Positions 59,406-64,000 of a stretch of 64,000 bases of DNA are shown piece after piece (the first letter of the stretch is position 1; each line of letters begins with the position of its first letter). The position numbers were made by a program, and so were the translations under genes. The stretch is taken from the sequence record PP777464.1; one strand, given 5' to 3'. The notes under the pieces were generated by a model, which saw only the letters and a program-made list of their open reading frames with translations, was not told where the DNA came from and searched no databases.

Positions 59406-60542
59406 TTAAACTGGTGGAGAATTATATGGCTCAAATTTATAAGTTGTCGTAGCAGTACCAGCAATGGCGTTGTTAGCTAGTATGTACATAGTCCTGTAGT
59501 CGATTACCACTACAGTAATACTACCACCAAAAGCATAGTCTGTTATGTTATTAGTGTTGAATGGTAAATTAGATGAACTGGTCCATGTATTAGCTGTTGT
59601 GCTATTTGTACCATTGGAATAACCTACACTAGATGCACCAGTTGTCCATAAGTTTCCATCATTGAACAAGGAGACATGGTTAGTTGTATATGATTTATTA
59701 GGTATAGAACTATCAATTGGTGTATTCCAAACTTTAGTAACCCATGTTGTAACTGCTGTATTATTAGTAACGCCATTACCTAATGAACCATTTATTGGTA
59801 TACCTCTTATATAAGAAGTGTTAGTACTAGGGTCAACATATCCAAATGTATATGTATCAAATGCAAATTGAAAACAATCAGAACTCGGTAATGTGTACAG
59901 TAATGTATATGAAGACGTGTTTATTGATGAATTTGTACCGTTCACGCCTTGGTATAAAATACCACTAGCCAATATTTGATTATTATTTTTTGTTATAGTG
60001 TTCATTGATGGATATGTTTTCACATCACGCACATCATTAGTCACATATGTTTGTGTTGATAATGCAACGTTACTACCATTACCTATAACCCCTGTATTTG
60101 CACCACTCCCATAAAGTGAACCATCATTCAAAAGAACCATTGTAACATTACCATTTCCCGTAATTGTTTTAATATTACTAACATCCACCGCAGCAAATAC
60201 AGTTGATGTTAAATCAGTGAAACGTGTATAATGTGATGTTGTGCCATTGATTGGTGTCGCAAAACCAGAATACAAAATTCTATTTTCTTTGGTAATAAGG
60301 AATGTGCCAGTAACACCATTTGAATGGATATCAACAATATTATCGCCCATTAATACCCAATCACTTACGAATGTTGTTGTACCAGTACCCAACCCATATG
60401 TCGTATTGTATCCACGTCCATACACTCTACCATCACTGAGTAATGTTACCACACATTGACCACCACCACCAAGGATAACTTTTTGGATAGTACTCTTTAC
60501 TTTTATATTCCCGTACTTAACCATTCTTGCAAAAGGTAACAT
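59406..60542 (-). CDS. RCC1-like beta-propeller protein (MLPF family)
   Basis: MLPFARMVKYGN; GRVYGRGYNTTYGLGTG. Confidence 0.8.
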   Translation of the reverse strand: MLPFARMVKYGNIKVKSTIQKVILGGGGQCVVTLLSDGRVYGRGYNTTYGLGTGTTTFVSDWVLMGDNIVDIHSNGVTGTFLITKENRILYSGFATPINGTTSHYTRFTDLTSTVFAAVDVSNIKTITGNGNVTMVLLNDGSLYGSGANTGVIGNGSNVALSTQTYVTNDVRDVKTYPSMNTITKNNNQILASGILYQGVNGTNSSINTSSYTLLYTLPSSDCFQFAFDTYTFGYVDPSTNTSYIRGIPINGSLGNGVTNNTAVTTWVTKVWNTPIDSSIPNKSYTTNHVSLFNDGNLWTTGASSVGYSNGTNSTTANTWTSSSNLPFNTNNITDYAFGGSITVVVIDYRTMYILANNAIAGTATTTYKFEPYNSPPV

Positions 60543-60556
60543 TCTTTTTCTCCTTG

Positions 60557-61705
60557 TTATATTGATGGCATATCCAACACATATGAGTTGCTAGTGATTG
60601 ATGAATATGTAGAATTTAAACCTGTACTATAAACATAATCACCTGCCCATAAGAATGTTCTATCCAATGTTGTATGTATTTCAATATCATCATATGATGA
60701 TAATGATATTTGTGCCAGTGTATATGTAGTAGCATCAATGTTTGAACCAATACCCAAAGTACCATTGTATTGTGATTGGGAGTTTTGACCAGTTGCATAT
60801 ATACCAGATTTGGTTATTAAATGCTGATTGTACATTGACGTACCTTTAAACAATTTAATTAAATTAGAGTTGGGTGTTGTTATTTGTGCAGGAGCAAGTA
60901 TTGTTGTTGTAGTGCCACCATCACCCAATTGACCATATCGTTGGTAACCACCAGCGTATACCTGTTTAACTCCAGCAGTAGTTTCTATAATAAAGAATGA
61001 ACCATAGCCAGTAGTATTAAAGTCTATTATTTTATTTGTACTCAAACCAACATTATATCTAGTAAATGTTGTTGCATTTGCTGAACCACCAGCATTCCCA
61101 CCGACCATTTGACCACTATAATAAAATGCACCAGTACTGTCAGTATAAGCCATACAGTTTTCACTACCATATATTTTCACTGGTGTACTGGGGAAACTAG
61201 AGGTTATATTCACACATGTATTATATTTTGCAGTAGTTCCAGTAATTTCACCATTGTTGTTTTGACCAATGACCCAAACTGTGTCATCTGAACGTATAGC
61301 CATTGAGCTATAAAACGAGGATACAAATTGTTTAATAAAGGAACCAGGGAGAGAAGTAAGCATACTATTGATTTGTGCACTCACATTGGTCCATGTATTC
61401 ACAACTGAATTGACACCTGCTGCTGCACCGGAACCAGAACTCCACCATGATTCATCATTCTTTTTAATCAATGTACCGTTAGCAGAGCAATAAACATCAG
61501 CAACTGAACTATTAACTAATATCCATTCCCTCGCTGCTGTTGTATTACCAGTACCTAGCTGTCCTGCTGCATTACTACCCTTAGCATATAAATCGCCATT
61601 CTGCGTTAAAAGCATAGTATGTTGGTATCCAGTTGACAATTTCTTTATTTTTGGTAATGCTGGTGCTTCATTTCCATAATCAAACATTCTAACAAAAGGT
61701 AACAT
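60557..61705 (-). CDS. RCC1-like beta-propeller protein (MLPF family)
   Basis: MLPFVRMFDYGN; GDLYAKGSNAAGQLGTG. Confidence 0.85.
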   Translation of the reverse strand: MLPFVRMFDYGNEAPALPKIKKLSTGYQHTMLLTQNGDLYAKGSNAAGQLGTGNTTAAREWILVNSSVADVYCSANGTLIKKNDESWWSSGSGAAAGVNSVVNTWTNVSAQINSMLTSLPGSFIKQFVSSFYSSMAIRSDDTVWVIGQNNNGEITGTTAKYNTCVNITSSFPSTPVKIYGSENCMAYTDSTGAFYYSGQMVGGNAGGSANATTFTRYNVGLSTNKIIDFNTTGYGSFFIIETTAGVKQVYAGGYQRYGQLGDGGTTTTILAPAQITTPNSNLIKLFKGTSMYNQHLITKSGIYATGQNSQSQYNGTLGIGSNIDATTYTLAQISLSSYDDIEIHTTLDRTFLWAGDYVYSTGLNSTYSSITSNSYVLDMPSI

Positions 61706-61722
61706 AATTCCCTCCTTTATTC

Positions 61723-61737
61723 ATTATACTATATTTA
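61723..61737 (-). promoter_or_regulatory. putative late promoter TAAATA-N3-TATAAT
   Basis: Followed by RBS AAGGAGG. Confidence 0.6.
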
Positions 61738-61744
61738 ATCAAAA

Positions 61745-61770
61745 AGAAAAGCCAGCACTCTGTACTGGCA
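61745..61770 (-). terminator. intrinsic terminator (minus strand)
   Basis: GCCAGTAC/GTGCTGGC hairpin + TTTTCTTTT on minus strand. Confidence 0.7.
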
Positions 61771-61782
61771 TAGTATTAAGGT

Positions 61783-62913
61783 TTAAATATTTTTATAATT
61801 AATTTCTACATAGTTACGTTGTGTTCCAGTATATCCTGGAACATTACCTATATTTCCATTACCTGCACCAAACAGACGTTCTCCGACTGCAAAATATGTC
61901 CCATAGAAACAACCATCAAACACAGGAACATCATTATAATTTGATATGTAATTATCCATAGAATCCATTCTAGTGTATACTGTCAGAGCTACATTCGTAC
62001 CCATACCATATGCACCATACGGGTTAGTACCAGCAACATAATACCCAGTGGGTGTACATATTACTGGTGAATTTGCCCCTGATCTCGTGTGGATAAATCT
62101 AAATGTACCTTCAGGTACTGGTGCTTCTTTACTGAATAATGTTGTAGCTACTACTGGGTAATCAATACCATAACTATTACCACTCAACCACGTTTTACCA
62201 TCACTATCTTTGAATAATGAACAGGATTGTGTGCATCCGAACAGATTCAAATTGGTTACATTTGGAAATTTACTAATTTGTGTATATACCAGAACTGTGG
62301 TTGCGGCAGCACTACCAAGTTGTCCACGACCATTATCACCCGCACTGTACATGTACCCATCGGTCTTTAATATTATACTAGCGTTTCCTAAAATATCAAA
62401 ATCAACAACATCCGTTTGTGTTAATGTAGCTATAGGATAACGAAAATTCACTGCCTCACCAGTACCAAATTGACAATTGGTGTTTGCCCCACATCCATAT
62501 AAGTTGCCGTTTTGCATTAATATAAACAAACCTGTTGTCATTTTAATTTTCTTAATATTAAGAATATCTATATCTTGGAATATGTGTGTTACATTTACAA
62601 ATGTGGTTGAGTTAACAGCACTTGAACCATAATAAGAACCGTTCCCGCTGCCAAAGAATTCATCGCCTTTTCTGTACATTGCACATAGACTACCACCCCA
62701 TACATCATCAACCCCAGTGTCAATTTGAATAACAGAAGTAACACTAGTTGTTGTACCAGTGCCAAGTTCACCACCTGAATTGTATCCAAAACCATACAAA
62801 TCCCCACTTTCTGTTAGCACCAAAACACTGTTATTGGTTGTGCATGAAATCTTTTTGATATTATTAGATGGTCTTTTATTTCCGTACTTAACCATTCTTG
62901 CAAAAGGTAACAT
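61783..62913 (-). CDS. RCC1-like beta-propeller protein (MLPF family)
   Basis: MLPFARMVKYGN; GDLYGFGYNSGGELGTG. Confidence 0.85.
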   Translation of the reverse strand: MLPFARMVKYGNKRPSNNIKKISCTTNNSVLVLTESGDLYGFGYNSGGELGTGTTTSVTSVIQIDTGVDDVWGGSLCAMYRKGDEFFGSGNGSYYGSSAVNSTTFVNVTHIFQDIDILNIKKIKMTTGLFILMQNGNLYGCGANTNCQFGTGEAVNFRYPIATLTQTDVVDFDILGNASIILKTDGYMYSAGDNGRGQLGSAAATTVLVYTQISKFPNVTNLNLFGCTQSCSLFKDSDGKTWLSGNSYGIDYPVVATTLFSKEAPVPEGTFRFIHTRSGANSPVICTPTGYYVAGTNPYGAYGMGTNVALTVYTRMDSMDNYISNYNDVPVFDGCFYGTYFAVGERLFGAGNGNIGNVPGYTGTQRNYVEINYKNI

Positions 62914-62930
62914 ATTTCCCTCCTTTATTC

Positions 62931-62945
62931 ATTATACTATATTTA
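62931..62945 (-). promoter_or_regulatory. putative late promoter TAAATA-N3-TATAAT
   Basis: About 33 bp near-identical to 61705 upstream region. Confidence 0.6.
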
Positions 62946-62950
62946 ATACA

Positions 62951-62980
62951 AAAAGAAATGCCAGTATCAAGTACTGGCAT
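62951..62980 (-). terminator. intrinsic terminator (minus strand)
   Basis: GCCAGTA-tcaag-TACTGGC with A-run on plus side. Confidence 0.7.
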
Positions 62981-62992
62981 AGTTTTATAGTA

Positions 62993-64000
62993 TCATTTCG
63001 GCATTGTAATTGCAGACCATGAGTTCGTGGTAATAGGACCTGGCACATACAAAAAAGAACCACAAGCATAAATTTGATTATTACCATCAAATACTATACT
63101 AAAATGTGCACATGTGTATAATGCTGATTTTTCTGGGTTGTAATTATCTAAAGTTAGTGTATTGGTGAATCTACTCAAACCACCACCAGAACCATTTCTA
63201 CCAAATTCACCAGTACTATATATCTTTCCTTCGGTTGTTGCGTACATATTAACATATGAAGTTGCACTTGATTTTGATATTTTATGTATCTTACTATCAA
63301 TAGTAGTGGAGTTAAATGCAAATGGATATACTTGTGTGTTCGTTGTAATACCGTTACCAAGTTGACCAACATACTGCCAACCTGCGTTGTATATATTGCT
63401 GGCTGAATAAGCAAGAGTACCAGTACTGTTACCACCAAACAGTTTAACACTGGTTAACCTGCTTACTAGTGTAGTATACTGTCCTGGACTTACGCCAAGT
63501 GAACCATACCCACTACTCCCACAACCGAGAAGTTCACCATTTGATGTTAATATTAATGTGTTATTCTGTGTACCCAATATATCAAGGACTGTATTAGCTC
63601 CGGTATTAATAACTGAAACAAAAGTACTCTGAGCCGTGGAATACCCAGCACCGAGTGAATAGTTACCATTCATGCCTCTACCATAAACAATCGAACCACT
63701 AGCATCAACGTAGTGCATTGTATCTACACCAATTGATATCATTTTAATATTAGATATATGTGGAAATGAAGAAGTAACATTCAAACCACCCAACTGAATC
63801 GTAGTATTTCCTGTGCCTAATTGTGTGGTAACTCCATGCATTATGAATTCTTCACCCTTGAGATAAAGAATATTGTACGCCCCAGCCCATGCATCAGTAA
63901 CACCTTCTGAAATTAATATCCAAGTATTTCTTGTTGCTGTATTTTCAACGTTTAACTGAAAATAAGTATTAACCCCACAACCATAAAGTGAGCCATCGCC
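62993..64000 (-). CDS. RCC1-like beta-propeller protein, 5' end outside window
   Basis: Frame stays open to nt 64000 (GDGSLYGCGVNTYFQL...); RCC1 repeats. Confidence 0.8.
   Translation of the reverse strand, partial: GDGSLYGCGVNTYFQLNVENTATRNTWILISEGVTDAWAGAYNILYLKGEEFIMHGVTTQLGTGNTTIQLGGLNVTSSFPHISNIKMISIGVDTMHYVDASGSIVYGRGMNGNYSLGAGYSTAQSTFVSVINTGANTVLDILGTQNNTLILTSNGELLGCGSSGYGSLGVSPGQYTTLVSRLTSVKLFGGNSTGTLAYSASNIYNAGWQYVGQLGNGITTNTQVYPFAFNSTTIDSKIHKISKSSATSYVNMYATTEGKIYSTGEFGRNGSGGGLSRFTNTLTLDNYNPEKSALYTCAHFSIVFDGNNQIYACGSFLYVPGPITTNSWSAITMPK

Overview
A 64-kb, AT-rich (about one-third GC, estimated by eye), densely coding segment of a large lytic phage genome. The most likely source is a T4-related enterobacterial jumbo myophage of the RaK2/PBECO4/121Q (Asteriusvirus-like) group. 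This is inferred from gene content and a tRNA-Thr matching E. coli thrU, not from a database search. Almost all genes are short + strand early/accessory ORFs driven by near-consensus sigma70 promoters. Recognisable genes: NADAR-like hydrolase, C5-cytosine methyltransferase, PD-(D/E)XK nuclease, HslV/proteasome-beta-like Ntn hydrolase, sigma70-family factor, two HNH nucleases, a minimal kinase-like protein, DenV, an AAA+ ATPase, T4 Imm-like proteins, six canonical tRNAs and a minus-strand array of RCC1-like beta-propeller genes. The most unusual features are: (1) about 23 divergent paralogues sharing only a C-terminal [ST]EExxF[QM]x[ST] motif; (2) roughly 7-10-fold over-representation of the palindrome AGTACT, including at a fixed position in one promoter class and in terminator arms; (3) a cluster of non-canonical RNAs: a D-arm-less tRNA-Arg(UCU)-like gene, a short-D-arm tRNA-Gly(UCC)-like gene, a 145-nt CCA-ended RNA and three ORF-poor structured regions of 270-470 nt; (4) a repeated terminator/promoter fusion cassette; (5) tandem arrays of 3-TM membrane proteins and 54-aa microproteins. 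No CRISPR array, integrase, transposase or reverse transcriptase was seen. All counts and folds were done by hand.
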